A stretch of DNA of 64,000 bases from Lepidodermella squamata (lineage: Eukaryota > Animalia > Gastrotricha). The translations under genes were made by a program, and so were the position numbers. Positions 63,845 to 64,000 of the stretch are shown here, piece by piece; within the stretch, counting starts at the first letter, position 1; each line of letters begins with the position of its first letter. Where the stretch lies: NCBI GenBank assembly GCA_047495785.1, contig JBLDXI010000009.1:2232001-2296000 (forward strand). Reading direction: 5' to 3'. The notes beneath the pieces were generated by a model. That model had not been told where the DNA came from. It did no database searches and worked only from the letters and a program-made list of their open reading frames with translations.

Positions 63845-64000
63845 CACTAGATCAAGTTCAGTTCATATTGCGAGAATTCTTAATTCTATTCTTTCCTATC
63901 TTTCATAATCAGCTGATGCCGCTTTTCTATTAATTCATTCTTTTGTTGATCTCTATATTCAGCGTTATGAAGTAAAACAAAAAACGTTGCTTCGATCGAT

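Noticed and set aside
1-64000. rRNA, tRNA, CRISPR arrays or prokaryotic operons
   Set aside because: None recognisable; the window is intron-rich eukaryotic DNA. Small ncRNAs cannot be excluded without covariance-model searches.

Overview
Eukaryotic (invertebrate animal-like) DNA from a compact genome: most introns are about 50-60 nt and intergenic gaps are short, so the ORF track fragments the real genes. Left end, minus strand: pecanex (runs off the window), PIG-Q/GPI1 and a weak hypothetical gene. Then a 5-exon Piwi-clade Argonaute (848 aa reconstructed, DEDH slicer residues). Its last exon is interrupted by an apparently intact, autonomous 4,075-bp hAT DNA transposon (8-bp TSD, 13-bp TIRs, 6-exon 940-aa transposase, antisense), which cuts off the catalytic His and the C-terminus. 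Downstream, all on the + strand, are four paralogs of an ~8-TM membrane protein interleaved with eight tandem paralogs of a type I surface receptor I do not recognise. Receptor architecture: signal peptide, variable mucin, novel NGT-rich domain, Cys-rich modules, EGF, TSP1, SEA-like domain with a conserved furin-type site, TM, Tyr-motif tail. A ~7-kb Helitron sits between two of the 8-TM genes and carries an internal duplication / inverted-triplication that creates a 702-bp inverted repeat. No rRNA, tRNA or CRISPR was seen. All family assignments come from recognised motifs; no database search was run.
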